Of a stretch of 64,000 nt of DNA, positions 19,354-31,345 are shown in pieces; positions within the stretch are counted from its first letter, which is position 1; every line of letters starts with the position of its first letter. Made by a program: the position numbers and the translations under genes. The notes below the pieces were generated by a model, which saw only the letters and a list, made by a program, of their open reading frames with translations, was not told the origin of the DNA and searched no databases. Source of the DNA: an uncultured delta proteobacterium (GTDB taxonomy: Bacteria; Myxococcota; Kuafuiibacteriia; Kuafuiibacteriales; Kuafuiibacteriaceae); the NCBI GenBank assembly GCA_963803435.1, contig CAWDML010000004.1, positions 96,001 through 160,000 on the forward strand, in the 5' to 3' direction.

Positions 19354-20717
19354 TTCGAGCCTCGGTCGAGCCGGCGCGGCAGCGTGAGCGTGAAGCGGGC
19401 CCCGCCGCCGGGGTGGTTCGCGGCCGTGAGCTCACCGTGATGGTCGCGCGCCGCGCGGCGGGCCAGGACCAGCCCGATCCCGACGCCCTTCTCCTTGGTG
19501 GTGAAGTAGGGCTCGAACAGGTGCTCGAGCACGTCGGCGGCGAGCCCCGGCCCACGATCCTCGACGTGGATCGCGATCGTGTCCTCGTCCAGCGACTCGG
19601 TCCTCAGCGTCACGACGGCGCCGCCCTCCGCCGCCTGGAAGGCGTTGGTGAGCAGGCCGCGAAGGATGGTCTCGATCACGCTCGCGTCCCACGAGGCGGC
19701 ACCGACGTCGTCACCCGCGATCTCCACCGAGGTCTTCGGCGTCGTCATCGAGGTGGCCACGGATCCCAGGAGCGTGCGGACCGAGATCTCCTGCGGGTGG
19801 AGCTCGATCGGTTTGCCCAGGCGGAGGAACTCGGCGATGCGTGTGTTGGCGCGCTCGATCTCGGACTTCATCTGGCCGCCGATCTGCTCTGCTCCGCCCT
19901 CACCGTGCGCCTCGGCCACGAGGTGATCAACGGCGAGAGACAGATAGTTGAGCGGGTTGCGGATGTCATGAGCGATCGAGGCCGCCATTCGTCCCAAGAG
20001 CGCGTCGCGCTCACGCTCCTCGAGCCGCTGGCGGAGCGCGTCCCGCTCGCGCAGCGCACTCAGCATGTCTCCGAAAGCCAGCACCAGCGCGCCCACCTCG
20101 TCACCGCTGGCGGCAGGGAGCGGGCTGTCGAGCGCACCCTCGCGGATCCGGAGCGCCGCCACGCGCAGCGCCTCGATGGGACGCGAGATCTGGCGGGTGA
20201 TGATCCAGATGACGACCAGCGCCAGAACGAAGACCACCCCGACCAGCTCGGCGCGCTCCAGCCGGAGCGCACGCAGGCGTCCCTCGAGCTCGCCGGAGGT
20301 CATCCGGAGCTCGATGTAGCCCAGCTTGCTGGCGCCGATGACGATCGGAACCAACAGATCGTAGGCCGACCGCACCTCCTCACCCTGGTGACCCTCCTCG
20401 ATGAGGAACGCGTGCGGAGGGTCGTGGCTGCCGGCCACCCGTTGCTTGGCCGGATCGAGCACGGTGATCTGCCGGATGCCCGCGGGCCCGAGCCGGCGGA
20501 CGTAGTCCCGCAGGAGCTCCTCGTCCGGCTCGGCGGACGGACCCAGCTGCTGCACGCTGACCTGCATCGCCTCGGTCAGCGCCTCGACGGCGTGCCGGAC
20601 CTCTTCGACCAGCGCCGACTCGACCGAGACGTCGTACGACTCGATGGCAACCAGCGCCCCGGCGAGCGCCAGGCACGCCATCCCGAGAATCTTCGCGCGT
20701 ATCCCGAACGCCCGCAC
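19350..20717 (-). CDS. HAMP sensor histidine kinase, probable partner of the NtrC regulator
   Basis: AHDIRNPL, EPYFTTK, GIGL; overlaps the start of the regulator gene. Confidence 0.92.
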   Translation of the reverse strand: MRAFGIRAKILGMACLALAGALVAIESYDVSVESALVEEVRHAVEALTEAMQVSVQQLGPSAEPDEELLRDYVRRLGPAGIRQITVLDPAKQRVAGSHDPPHAFLIEEGHQGEEVRSAYDLLVPIVIGASKLGYIELRMTSGELEGRLRALRLERAELVGVVFVLALVVIWIITRQISRPIEALRVAALRIREGALDSPLPAASGDEVGALVLAFGDMLSALRERDALRQRLEERERDALLGRMAASIAHDIRNPLNYLSLAVDHLVAEAHGEGGAEQIGGQMKSEIERANTRIAEFLRLGKPIELHPQEISVRTLLGSVATSMTTPKTSVEIAGDDVGAASWDASVIETILRGLLTNAFQAAEGGAVVTLRTESLDEDTIAIHVEDRGPGLAADVLEHLFEPYFTTKEKGVGIGLVLARRAARDHHGELTAANHPGGGARFTLTLPRRLDRGSK

Positions 20718-20729
20718 GCTCCCAGAACC

Positions 20730-21930
20730 TTAGGCGCGTTCGAGCACGATGGCGATGCCTTGTCCTCCGCCGATGCAGGCTAGCCGACAGCGTACGCCCG
20801 CCGCGGCGCGCGAGCTCGTAACGAGATGCGTGGTGATCCGCGCGCCCGATGCGCCCAGCGGGTGGCCGAGCGCGATCGCGCCGCCGTCGACGTTCGTCTT
20901 TTCGCGGGGCAAGCCGAGCTCCTTCTCCACCGCGAGATACTGCGGCGCGAACGCCTCGTTGACCTCGAAAGATCGAGTCGCTGACTGCGTGAGCCCCGCG
21001 CGCGCCAGCGCCATCCGGATCGCGGGCGCCGGGCCGATGCCCATCAGCTTCGGATCGACGCCGGCGACGCCCCACTGCGGAGCTTGCGCCAGCGGCGTCA
21101 GCCCCTTCTTCTCGCGCCAGCTCGCTCGACGCCAAGACCAGCGTCGCGGCGCCGTCGCAGATGCCGGACGCGTTCCCGGCGGTGACCACGCCGTCCTTCT
21201 TGAACACGGGCGGAGCTTGGCGAGCGCCTCCATCGTCGACTGTCGGGCGCGGGTGCTCGTCGACCGCGAACGCGACGCTAGCCCTTCTTGGTCGCGATCT
21301 CGACCGGCACGATCTCCTCGCTCGAAGCGCCGGCCCTCTTGCGCCGCCGCCCAGCGCTTCTGCGAGCGCAGCGCGTATTCGTCGCAAGCCTGTCGCGAGA
21401 TGCCGATAGTTGACCGCGAGGTTCTCGGCGGTGATCGCCATCGGGCATCCGCAGTAGCTGTCGGTGAGCGCGCTCCACAGCGAGTCCTCGAGCTCGGGCG
21501 ACTTGCCGAACGGCAGCCCCCAGCGCGCGCCGCGGACCACATGCGGCGCCTGCGACATGTTCTCGGCGCCCCCGACCAGGCACGGCCTCCGCGTCGCCGA
21601 GGAGGATCTGCTCGGCGCCGCTGACGACCGCCTGGAAGCCCGAGCCGCACAGCCGGTTCACCGTGAGCGCCGGGACGATCCTCGGGGAGGCCGGCGCGAA
21701 GCCCCACGTGGCGCGCGCAGTAGATCGCGTCGGGCGAGGTCTGCTGCACGTTGCCGAAGATCGATCTGCTCGATCTCGGAGGGCTCGAGCCTGGACTGCG
21801 CGAGCGCAGCCCTCGAGGCCTCCACGGCGAGGTCGGTGGCGGACTTGTCCTTGAGCGCGCCTCCGAAGGTGCCGAAGGCGGTGCGCTTGGCGCCGACGAT
21901 CCAGATCTCTCGAGCGAGCTTCTTGGCCAT
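20730..21930 (-). pseudogene. Acetyl-CoA C-acyltransferase (thiolase) with multiple apparent frameshifts (pseudogene or consensus error)
   Basis: Motifs split across frames: GAKRTAFG, NRLCGSG, TAGNASGICDGAA, EVNEAFA, GHPLGASG, CIGGGQG. Confidence 0.85.
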
Positions 21931-21955
21931 GCCGGTTTCTAGGCCGGCCGATGGA

Positions 21956-23655
21956 TTATTTGCAACTAGACTTGCGACCAAGCTTGCAGGCCCGCTTCGC
22001 GAACGCATCCGCGGTCCTATCGTTCTGGGTGCCGCCGATACCGTCCCGCCACATCGCGGACAGCTTGTCGCAGGCGGTCGCGTTGGCCGAGTCGCAGGCC
22101 TTCTCGTAGAGACGTCGGGCACGCTTGGCCTCGCCGACGTCGGCCAGTATTTCGGCCGCGCGATAGCAGCCGACCATGCTGTGCAGCGTGCACGCTCGAT
22201 CGAACAAAGCGAGCGCCTCCGACTTGCTGGCCGGCACTCCTCCGGCACCCTGCAGGAACATGTCGCCCGCCTCGAGGCAGGCGGCGCTCTTACCGGATCG
22301 GCACTTCTTCGCGATCTGGACGCCCTTCGCGCCCGCCACCGGCTCGGGCGGCGGCGGCGGCTGGGCCGGAGGCGGGGGCTCGTCGACCTGCGGGGGCGGC
22401 TCTGCCGGCGGCGGTGTCGGCTCGTCGATCATCTTCCCTACGGGCGGCGGCGCCGCGCTGATCGCCGGGGATTCGCTGCCCGAGAGCCCGAACAACAGAT
22501 AGCCGCCCGCCACTGCGATCGCGACCGATGCCACGACGATCGCGGCCCACGACAGCGCGTTCGACCGCGGCTCGTCGAAGTCGTCGTCGTCCTCCACGGG
22601 CACGACATTGGTGGCGTCTCCCCGCCGCACCGGACGCAGCGGCTGCGATGGCGACCGCGAGTCCGAGATCGGGCTGATCGCGCCGAAGGAGGGCTCCTTC
22701 TCGGTGACCTCCCGATTCCTGATCGGCGGCATGCGATCCGTGGTCGCGTCGCGCTGCTGCGCGAGGGCCGAGCTGACGCTGTCCAGCGAGACCGGCGTGG
22801 TCGGCGAGTAGCCGATCTGATGGGCGCGCAATCGCGTCGGATCCCCGCATCCTGCGTCTGCACTCGGATGTGCCGGATCGCCTCCACCAGCGGAGTCATC
22901 GTCGGGAAGCGGTTGCTCGGGTTGGTGTCGAGGGCCCGCTGAATGACCTTGAGCAGATCCACCGGCAGGACCGAGAGCGACTCGGTCTGGGATCGTCCTG
23001 GGGAGCCCTTGACGATGAGCTGATGGAGGATCTTCGCGACCGCCCACTGATCCGAGGCCGCCGTGGTCTGCCCTCCGCTGAGCATCTCGGGCGGTACGTA
23101 CGCCTTCTGGTACTCGGAGAAGCCGCCGAAGCCCGCCCGAGCCCAGATCAGATCCGTCAACTTCACTTGCAGACCGCGGTCAGTGGGGACCACCAGCACA
23201 TTACTCGGCTTGACGTCGCCATGGTGCGTTCCGCTCATGTGCAGCCACATCACCACCGAGGCCAGCTGCTCCATGACGCCGAGGAGGTTCGCGAACGCGG
23301 AAGGGTCGTCGAGGATCGTCCGCGCTTCGGCGGAACGGAAGGGATAGACGTCGAGGTTGCGCGCCTCCAGGTACTCGGTGGCGAGGCCAAAGAGGCCGTC
23401 CTCGGGACGTCGGGCGGTTCCCACGATCGCAGCCAGGTTCGGATGGTCGAAGCGTCCGTGCTGCGTGAGCGTGTGCGTGAGACGCTCGAAGGCCCGCTGG
23501 ATCGGGCGCCCGAGCTCGAACGCGGCGGGCTTGATCAGCTTGAGGATCGTGTTCTGGACCCGGTCGACGCGGGCGGCCCGCCAGACCACGCCTCGCGGAC
23601 CTTCACCGAGCCGGAACGAGAGCCGGTACTCGCCGATGACGTCGCCGACGTTCAA
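21956..23655 (-). CDS. Degenerate Ser/Thr kinase + TM + Sel1-like repeats (one frameshift near 22845)
   Basis: HGDVKPSN and SDQW in ORF 22438-23655; TM and Cys-containing Sel1 repeats (ACLEAG, LFDRAC, YEKAC) in ORF 21956-23047; the two join at a G run. Confidence 0.75.
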
Positions 23656-23662
23656 TCCGCAG

Positions 23663-24868
23663 CTACTCTACCATGTCCGGTTCGGCTCCTCGCTTCGCGC
23701 GGCGGCCCGGAAGGTTTGCGCGGGCGAGGAGGGGGTTGGGCAAGGCGGCGCGGAGCGCGCGCACGGTGAAGCTGGGAATGCCGAGCTCGCCGAGGCGCTC
23801 CACGGGTGCACGCCGCATCGACGGGGAGGTGTCGAGGCGGCCCTCGACCCGCGCGATCCGCATTAGGAGATCGCGGTGCGTGAGGACGTGCTTCACCTCC
23901 GCGACCGGCTCGACGCGACCGAGATCCCATCCGTGCTTGCGGCAGGCCTCGTCGCGGATCGCGTCCTCGTCGAGGCTGCCCTCGAGCATCGGGAGACACC
24001 ATAGGCTCGCGAACAGGCCCTTCTCCGGGCGGCGCTCGAGCAGCACGGTCGTGCCCTCGACGTGGAGCAGGGCGGTGACCCACAGCGTGGCGCGGGCGGC
24101 GCGCTTTCTCGGAGGCGGGATGCGATCGGTGGTCCCGTTCGCGTGCGCGCGGCAGTCGATTCGGAGCGGGCACCGAGCGCATTCGGGAGCCCGCGGCGCA
24201 CAGAGCAGCGCGCCCACCTCGATCAATCCCTGATTGAGCTCGCCGGTCGCCGTCCCCTCGGCGAGCTGCTCCGCGAGCACCCATACCGCGCGATTCGGCG
24301 CACCCCGCGTGACGTCGCCCTCGATCCCGGCGACGCGCGCCAATACCCGGAGCACGTTGCCGTCGACCGCAGGCGTGGGCGTGTCGTACGCGATCGAGGC
24401 CACCGCGCCGGCGGTGTAGCGGCCGAGGCCCGGCAGCGCGGCGATCGCGTCGAGCGCCGTGGGGAAGACGGCGTCGTGCTCCCGGACGATCGCGTGGGCC
24501 GCGTCGAGCATCAGCTTCGCGCGGCGGTAGTAGCCGAGCCCCGACCAGGCGGCCCGAACGTCTTCGGGGTCGGCGGCGGCCAGCGCGCGGACGTCCGGCC
24601 AGCGGGCCAGGAAGCGTTCGTAGTATGGGACGACCGTATCGACCCGCGTCTGCTGGAGCATGATCTCGGAGATCCAGATCGCGTAGGGGTCACGCGTCTG
24701 GCGCCAGGGAAGATCGCGGCGGTGCGCGCGGTACCAGGCGAGCACCCGGGCGCGCGTGCCTCCCGCGTCCACCGGCGCCGGAGGCTCCTCGGCCGCCGGC
24801 CGCGGGTCAAGCGTGACGGTGGGCGGCCGAGGTGATAGGAGCGGGGACGCATCGCGAACGTGCATCAT
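23663..24868 (-). CDS. mutY: A/G-specific adenine glycosylase
   Basis: RDLPWR, WISEIMLQQT, GLGYY, HhH LPGLGRYTAGA, VDGNV, 4Fe-4S Cys cluster; start uncertain. Confidence 0.96.
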   Translation of the reverse strand: MMHVRDASPLLSPRPPTVTLDPRPAAEEPPAPVDAGGTRARVLAWYRAHRRDLPWRQTRDPYAIWISEIMLQQTRVDTVVPYYERFLARWPDVRALAAADPEDVRAAWSGLGYYRRAKLMLDAAHAIVREHDAVFPTALDAIAALPGLGRYTAGAVASIAYDTPTPAVDGNVLRVLARVAGIEGDVTRGAPNRAVWVLAEQLAEGTATGELNQGLIEVGALLCAPRAPECARCPLRIDCRAHANGTTDRIPPPRKRAARATLWVTALLHVEGTTVLLERRPEKGLFASLWCLPMLEGSLDEDAIRDEACRKHGWDLGRVEPVAEVKHVLTHRDLLMRIARVEGRLDTSPSMRRAPVERLGELGIPSFTVRALRAALPNPLLARANLPGRRAKRGAEPDMVE

Positions 24869-25282
24869 TCATCGACGCAGGGGCCTCCAGGACCCGGCTC
24901 CGCGTGGCTCTGTGTGTTCCTGGTGTGTGGGTGCAGGTCGCAACCCGTCCCGACGGTACCGTCGCGGATCGACCCGCTCGCGACCGAGGCGCTGACGCCG
25001 GAGGACGTGGAGGCGGAGGTTCGATCGGTCGCAACGGACCTGGGGTCGTGCTATCGCAACGAGCGCCTGCAGCTGTTCTCCGGCGATCTGCCCGAGTACC
25101 TGCTGCGGCTTCGCGTCCCGACCGACGGCAGTCGTCCCGAGGTCACGGTGGTCAAGGCGTCGATCGCCGGCAAGGAGGCGCTGGAGAGCTGCCTGGTCAC
25201 GGTGCTCTCGCGCCTGCGATTTCCTGCGCACCCGGGCAAGCGGATCACCCTCAACATTCCGATCAACGAGGCCGGCAGGTGA
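24860..25282 (+). CDS. Hypothetical lipoprotein (AgmX/PglI C-terminal-like)
   Basis: LGSCY ... LESCL..VL..LRFP pattern. Confidence 0.55.
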   Translation: MHHSSTQGPPGPGSAWLCVFLVCGCRSQPVPTVPSRIDPLATEALTPEDVEAEVRSVATDLGSCYRNERLQLFSGDLPEYLLRLRVPTDGSRPEVTVVKASIAGKEALESCLVTVLSRLRFPAHPGKRITLNIPINEAGR

Positions 25283-25377
25283 AGCGCGGACCCGCCGCTT
25301 GCGCGACGTCGGACCCGTGCTACGATGCGGCGTTCCGGAGGATTCGGTCCTTCGGCGTCGAGGGGAGTGCAACGTAA

Positions 25378-25861
25378 ATGGTCTCGCAGATGGTGATGTT
25401 CGACGAGGAGGCTCGTCGCATCACGGCTGTTTGCGAGAAGCTGGGCCGTGACGCGAATGCCCGCGTGGTGTTCGTGATCGACAAGAACGGCCAGCTGATC
25501 GCGGCGGCTGGAGAAACCGAGAACCTCGACAGTCACGTCGCTGGCGTCGCTGGTGGCGGGCAAGATCGCGGCGACCGGCGGGCTCGCCAAGCTCATCGGA
25601 GAGAAGGAGTTTTCCACGCTCTTCCACGAGGGCGTGCGCGACAAGCTGCACATCTCGATCGTGGCGAGCCGGGTGATCCTGGTCGTCATCTTCGACAGCC
25701 GATCGCGCCTCGGTCTGGTGCGTCTCCGAGTGAAGAAGTGCACGTGAAGAGCTGGCCCAGATCTTCGAGACCGTGATGAAGAAGACCGGAGGCTCACAGC
25801 AAGCAATCTGCCCTTCGCCGAAATCACCGACGAGGATATCGACAAGCTATTTTCGGTTTGA
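25378..25861 (+). CDS. mglB: MglB roadblock GTPase-activating protein (apparent frameshifts)
   Basis: [65 protein letters not shown] spread over several frames. Confidence 0.9.
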
Positions 25862-25871
25862 GGACGAGGCC

Positions 25872-26463
<592 letters not shown>

Positions 26464-26475
26464 TTGGCCGGACGC

Positions 26476-28854
26476 TCAGGTCGAGTCGATGATCCGTTGA
26501 ATCTTATGCTCCGCGCGCTGGGCGATTGTCTGCTCGATCGCCTTCCGGATCTCGACGTTCTTGGCGAGCATCGCGTTGAGCTCGGCGGCTTCCATGCGGA
26601 GGAGCTCGCAGGCTTCGAGGGCGCGGACGCTGGCGGTGCGGCGTGAGCCCTCGATCGCGGCGATCTCGCCGAAGACCTCGCCGGGGCTGAGGGTGGCCAG
26701 CTCGATGCGCTCCTCGTCAGGGCCGGTGTAGACCTGCACGGTCCCGGACTTGATCGCGTAGAAGGCGTCGGAGTGGTCGCCCTCCCGGATGACCAGATCG
26801 CCGGGCTCGTAGGTCTCGAACGTGAAGCGCTCGGCGAACATCTTCCGCGCCTTGGTGGTCAGCGCGCCGAAGAGCTCGCTCCTGGCCAGGAGGCTCTCGG
26901 CGATCCGCTCCTTGTAGAAGCGGCGCAGCGACTCGCGCACGGTCGGGAACTCCTGGATCACGCGGTTGAGGGTGTCCTTGTCGGCCTCCAGGATCAGCAC
27001 CTCCGAGAGCGCCTCCACGGTGGCGTTGCGGGGCTCGCCGGTGAAGAAGCCGTGCTCGCCGAAGCAGTCGCCGTCGGACAGCGCGGTGATCGAGATCTTC
27101 TCGCCGGCGAAGCTGGTGACCGAGACGCAGACCAGGCCGCGGCCGAGCATGAAGAACGACTCGCCCGCCTCGCCCTCGCGGATGATGGTGTCGCCGGGCA
27201 GATAGCGCTGGAGCGACAGCGCCGGGATCAGCCCGACGAACTGCTCGGCGTTGAGCGAGGAGAGGATGGGGCTCTCGGCGAAGATGTCCACCGGGTCCGA
27301 GCCCTGGGTGAAGATCCCGGCAAACTCGGAGTAGTCGGCGATCGGGTCGTGCTCGTCGAGCACCGCCTGGAGCAGATCGCGATCGGAGACGCCCTGGAGA
27401 TCGCGGAGTCGCTTGATCTCGTCGCGGAGCGGCTCGTCGAGCTCGGTCTGATCGAGGATCTGCCGGTAGATCGTGGCAGCCTGGATCAAGAGGCCCCGCT
27501 GCGCGAACTTCGCCGCTGCCAGCTTGTAGGCCCCAAAGGCCCGCCGTTTCTCCGCCGCGCGGTCGTAGGTCTCGCCGATGTCGACGAGCGTCCAGAGGTT
27601 CGGGTCGCGCATGAACTTGTTCTTGAGCCGCGCGATCGGACGTGGCGAGGCGTAGCTCCCGGGGAGCGTCCGCTCGAAGCGATCGAGCTCGAGATCGAGC
27701 GCCGTGGTGTGCGAGTCGGGACGTGCCGACGGTACCGGCGCGGTCTGATCGGTCCAGCCGCTGTCGTGCCGCACCGCCTCGCCCTGGCGCCGCGCCACTG
27801 CGAGCAGCCCGGCCGCGGTGTGATCGCCCACCGGCTGCGTGAAGTCGGGCGGAGGCGGCCGGTGATCGTGCGTGTGCTCCTCCTCGTCCTCCTCCTCGGG
27901 CGGTGAGGGCACGAGCCGCGGCGGGTGCTGCTCGTAGAGCTCGAGGATCACCTCCGACAGGCGGTACTGGCTCATCGTCGGGTAGTGCTTGTTGAGGATG
28001 AGCGCCGTCCGCTCGGCCGCCTCGCGCGCGCTGCTGAGGCGCGCCTCGAGCGGACGCGCCAGCGCATGCATGACCAGCTCGTCGAGCTCGGGCGGGACGT
28101 CGGGGTTCTTCGACGACGGCGTCGGGATCGACCCCGACTCCACCGCGGCCATCGTCTCGAAGTCGCTGCTCCGGGAGAAGAGCCGCTCGTTGGTGAGCAT
28201 CTCGTGGAGCACGACGCCGGCGGCCCAGATGTCGGCCTGGGCGTCGACGGTCTCGCCGCGGCATTGCTCCGGTGAGACGTACGCGAGCTTGCCGAAGAGC
28301 TCACCGCGCTGTGTGTCGTCGATCTCGGAGCGGGCCTTGGCGATCCCGAAGTCGCTCACCTTGATGGCGCCGTCGAAGGAGACGAGGACGTTCTGGGGGC
28401 TGATGTCGCGGTGGACGATCCCCGCCTCCCGTCCGTTGCGGTCCCGGCGCATGTGGGCGTACGCGAGGCCGTCGAACACGCCCTTCATGATGAAAGCGGT
28501 GGCGTCGACCGGAAACGGCTGTCCCACGACGCGGCAACGCTTGGCCAGCGCCGAGAGGTCCGCGCCCTCGACGTACTCCATCGCCATGAAGTAGTCGTCG
28601 TCGACGCGACCAAAGTCGAAGATCTGGACGATATTGGGATGGCTGAGCGCGACCGTCAGGCGCGCCTCGTCGATGAACATCGAGACGAACGCCTGGTTCG
28701 TCGAGAGCCGCGGCTGCATCCGCTTGATCGCCAGGAGCTTTTCGAACCCGCCGATCGAAGAAGAGCGGGCGAGCCAGACCTCCGCCATCCCGCCTGTCGC
28801 GATCCGGTGGAGCATCTGATACTTGCCGAAGACCTCCGGCGGACGCATGCCCAC
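26476..28854 (-). CDS. Ser/Thr kinase with two C-terminal cNMP-binding domains
   Basis: [18 protein letters not shown]; [12 protein letters not shown] and GEVFGE..RRTASV. Confidence 0.93.
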   Translation of the reverse strand: MGMRPPEVFGKYQMLHRIATGGMAEVWLARSSSIGGFEKLLAIKRMQPRLSTNQAFVSMFIDEARLTVALSHPNIVQIFDFGRVDDDYFMAMEYVEGADLSALAKRCRVVGQPFPVDATAFIMKGVFDGLAYAHMRRDRNGREAGIVHRDISPQNVLVSFDGAIKVSDFGIAKARSEIDDTQRGELFGKLAYVSPEQCRGETVDAQADIWAAGVVLHEMLTNERLFSRSSDFETMAAVESGSIPTPSSKNPDVPPELDELVMHALARPLEARLSSAREAAERTALILNKHYPTMSQYRLSEVILELYEQHPPRLVPSPPEEEDEEEHTHDHRPPPPDFTQPVGDHTAAGLLAVARRQGEAVRHDSGWTDQTAPVPSARPDSHTTALDLELDRFERTLPGSYASPRPIARLKNKFMRDPNLWTLVDIGETYDRAAEKRRAFGAYKLAAAKFAQRGLLIQAATIYRQILDQTELDEPLRDEIKRLRDLQGVSDRDLLQAVLDEHDPIADYSEFAGIFTQGSDPVDIFAESPILSSLNAEQFVGLIPALSLQRYLPGDTIIREGEAGESFFMLGRGLVCVSVTSFAGEKISITALSDGDCFGEHGFFTGEPRNATVEALSEVLILEADKDTLNRVIQEFPTVRESLRRFYKERIAESLLARSELFGALTTKARKMFAERFTFETYEPGDLVIREGDHSDAFYAIKSGTVQVYTGPDEERIELATLSPGEVFGEIAAIEGSRRTASVRALEACELLRMEAAELNAMLAKNVEIRKAIEQTIAQRAEHKIQRIIDST

Positions 28855-28952
28855 CCTCGGGCTTTAGCACGGCTCGGAGCGTGCGGGGAAATGGGGGTCG
28901 GCCTCCGGGAGAAGTTGACACCCTTTCGTGTGAACCGTTGAATCCCGGCACG

Positions 28953-30518
28953 ATGCGTGCGCTCTGGGCAGCTCTCCTCGTCCTCTCCTGCGGATCCGAC
29001 CCCACGGATCAAAATGGCGACGGGATCGCCGACGACGTCGCGGTGCCCAACAACGTCACGGTGATCGCGCCGACCAAGCCGCTCGGCTACGCCGCCGGCG
29101 AGGTGTGGGACGCGGCCACCGGACGGCCCCTCGCCGACGCCACGGTGTCGCTCTTCGGCGGGGGGCTCAGCGCTGAGAGCACCAGCGACGCCGCGGGCCG
29201 CTTCGAGTTCGGCCCCATCGCCGCCGGCGCGGTCTTCTCGCTCCAGATCGCGCACGGCGGCCACTACGACGCGGTCCTCTCCGGCCTCTCGATCGACGAC
29301 ACCGCCGGCCAGTTTCCCACGGTCAACGGTGCCCTCTTCGTCGGCCCGATCGCGCTCTTGGCCGACGACGGCGCCTACACGGTTCAGGTCGTCTCCGAGG
29401 CCGGCGCACCCGTCATGGGCGCCTCGGTGACGATTGAGACGGCCGTGCGGTTCTTCGACGACGGCATCGCGCGCGGCACCGGCTACGCGACGGGGTCGAC
29501 CGACCCGGACGGACGCATCAAGGTCACCGGCCTCCCGAACGTCTGGTCGCTCCCGCCTCACTTCGAGCCTTCGGCCGCCCTCGTGATTCGCGTGGCGCCG
29601 GTCGACGCGGACGGCGACGGCGTCTTCGATCTCTCGGGTGCCACCGTGGAGGTCCCCGGCCGCGACGCGCGCAATCAAGCGCTCGTGCCGACCGTCGTGC
29701 TCCATCGCCCGGGAGACCAGCCCCTGGCCGCTCTCGCCTCGAATGTCCCCGGGCTCGCCGGTGCGCCGCCGACGCAGCCTTCGATCGTCGCGCCCGCCGA
29801 GACCGTGCAGATCGTCTTCAACAAGCCGATCGATCGGGAGAGCGTCACGGTTGATCTGCGGAACGAGGATGGCAGCACCGCCATCCAGACCTCGGTGGTC
29901 ACGGGCGCGTTCGAGAACGTTCTCTTCATCGACCCCGTGTCGGATCTGACCGCGGGCGCCGAGTACAACCTGGCGGTGCGGGTGCAGTCGAAGGACGACG
30001 TGCCCGTCGAGATCCTCACGCTCGCCTCACCGTTCTTGATCGAGGACGACCGCAACCAGCCCATCGCTGTGGCCGCCAGCTTCGTCGACCACAACGGTGA
30101 CGGGCTCTGGGGCACCGGCAACGACACGATCGAGCTGACGGTGTCGACGCCCGTCGGTCGAGCGGGCCTGAGCCCGGCTTTCCGGGTCGAGTTCCTGGCC
30201 GCTCTCGACCTCAACGGCACGGCCACCGTGGGCGACGGCCAGGGCGAGCTCGCCCCCGCCGGGTTCGCCCAGCCCCCGCCGCTCGTCCTGGCGGCCTCCG
30301 AGCCGAGCCCAGGCAACGGGGCCGGCCTCTCCGGATTCACACGCATCGTCGCCCCCCTACCGGTGGCGCTGGTGGCGCCCCTGTCCCGCGCGGGCACCAG
30401 CGTCGATATGGAGGTCCGGTTCGTCCCTGACGAGAACGACGGCCGGCTCGTCACCACCGGGAGCGGCCGCCGGGCGCCCGATGTCTACACGGGGCCGCTG
30501 ACGTTGATCTCTCGTTAG
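28953..30518 (+). CDS. Lipoprotein with carboxypeptidase-regulatory-like and Ig-like domains
   Basis: Lipobox VLSC; GEVWDAATGRPLADATV, SDAAGRF, IVFNKPID; Dx[DN]xDG motifs. Confidence 0.75.
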   Translation: MRALWAALLVLSCGSDPTDQNGDGIADDVAVPNNVTVIAPTKPLGYAAGEVWDAATGRPLADATVSLFGGGLSAESTSDAAGRFEFGPIAAGAVFSLQIAHGGHYDAVLSGLSIDDTAGQFPTVNGALFVGPIALLADDGAYTVQVVSEAGAPVMGASVTIETAVRFFDDGIARGTGYATGSTDPDGRIKVTGLPNVWSLPPHFEPSAALVIRVAPVDADGDGVFDLSGATVEVPGRDARNQALVPTVVLHRPGDQPLAALASNVPGLAGAPPTQPSIVAPAETVQIVFNKPIDRESVTVDLRNEDGSTAIQTSVVTGAFENVLFIDPVSDLTAGAEYNLAVRVQSKDDVPVEILTLASPFLIEDDRNQPIAVAASFVDHNGDGLWGTGNDTIELTVSTPVGRAGLSPAFRVEFLAALDLNGTATVGDGQGELAPAGFAQPPPLVLAASEPSPGNGAGLSGFTRIVAPLPVALVAPLSRAGTSVDMEVRFVPDENDGRLVTTGSGRRAPDVYTGPLTLISR

Positions 30519-30537
30519 CTCGCCCGGCGAGCGTCGC

Positions 30538-30801
30538 TCACTTCGGCCAGTTGTCCACGTGAACGACGACGGTCGCGTCCTGGCGGAACGGCGTGACGAA
30601 GAACCGAGTCCCGCCCGTCTTCACGATCTTGCACGCCTTGTACTTCCCTTGGGAGGTGTCCTCCTTGGGAAATCGCGTGAAGTAGACCTTGATCTGGGCC
30701 TCCTTGGCGGAGGCCACCTTGGTGAGCTCGCACGCCAGCGCGGCGCTGCTCAGGCCGACCAGCGCGGCGACCACCCAGAGACCGGCCAGGATCCGGCCCA
30801 T
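30538..30801 (-). CDS. Small secreted hypothetical protein
   Basis: Signal peptide MGRILAG...ALA; A.IKVYFT and FFVT..DATVVV repeat-like segments. Confidence 0.6.
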   Translation of the reverse strand: MGRILAGLWVVAALVGLSSAALACELTKVASAKEAQIKVYFTRFPKEDTSQGKYKACKIVKTGGTRFFVTPFRQDATVVVHVDNWPK

Positions 30802-30862
30802 CCCCAACAGCCTACCACAGGGCGCCTTGCTCGCCAGACCTCGGGCGGGACACTCTGCCCCC

Positions 30863-31336
30863 GTGATCGCGGTCCTCGCGCTCCTGGCGTCGACGGCGAC
30901 AATCGCCGAGGTCCCGCCGGCCCTATGCAATCCGGCCGGGTCCTTGGTCCTGGGCGGCGGCCTTGCCGTGCGGGTGGGCAAGGCCGGCGCTGCGTTCGGG
31001 TTCGGGGTCTCGCTCGGCTACGCCGTGGTCACCGGGGTGGTCCCGGGCGTGCGCGGCGTGTTGATCGCCGGGGAGGGCGTCGGCGCCGAGCTGGCGGCCA
31101 CCCTGACGCTGACACCGCCCTTCGACTGGCCGGTCCTGCCGTTCGCGGTGGCGGAGGGCGGCCATCGCTGGGATCCGGGCGGTCGAGGGTGGATCTACGG
31201 CGGTGGCGGTGGCGTCTCCTTCGGCAGCGCCCGCCTCGGCGTTCAAACGGGATGGATTCTTCGTCGCTACGAGATCGAAGATGGCCCCACGCTGAGCGAG
31301 AGCGGGCCGCTGTTCGCGGTCTCGGCGTCGTTCTGA
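30863..31336 (+). CDS. Probable small outer-membrane beta-barrel protein
   Basis: Gly-rich amphipathic strands and a C-terminal VSASF. Confidence 0.55.
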   Translation: MIAVLALLASTATIAEVPPALCNPAGSLVLGGGLAVRVGKAGAAFGFGVSLGYAVVTGVVPGVRGVLIAGEGVGAELAATLTLTPPFDWPVLPFAVAEGGHRWDPGGRGWIYGGGGGVSFGSARLGVQTGWILRRYEIEDGPTLSESGPLFAVSASF

Positions 31337-31345
31337 GGAGTCGAG

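Noticed and set aside
13606-20717. Genomic island integrated at tRNA-Lys
   Set aside because: No integrase, no duplicated tRNA 3' end noticed, and composition looks like the host.
28945-28960. Second sigma54-like motif CCGGCACGATGCGTGC
   Set aside because: It overlaps the probable start codon (28953) and lacks TTGC, so it is probably coincidental.
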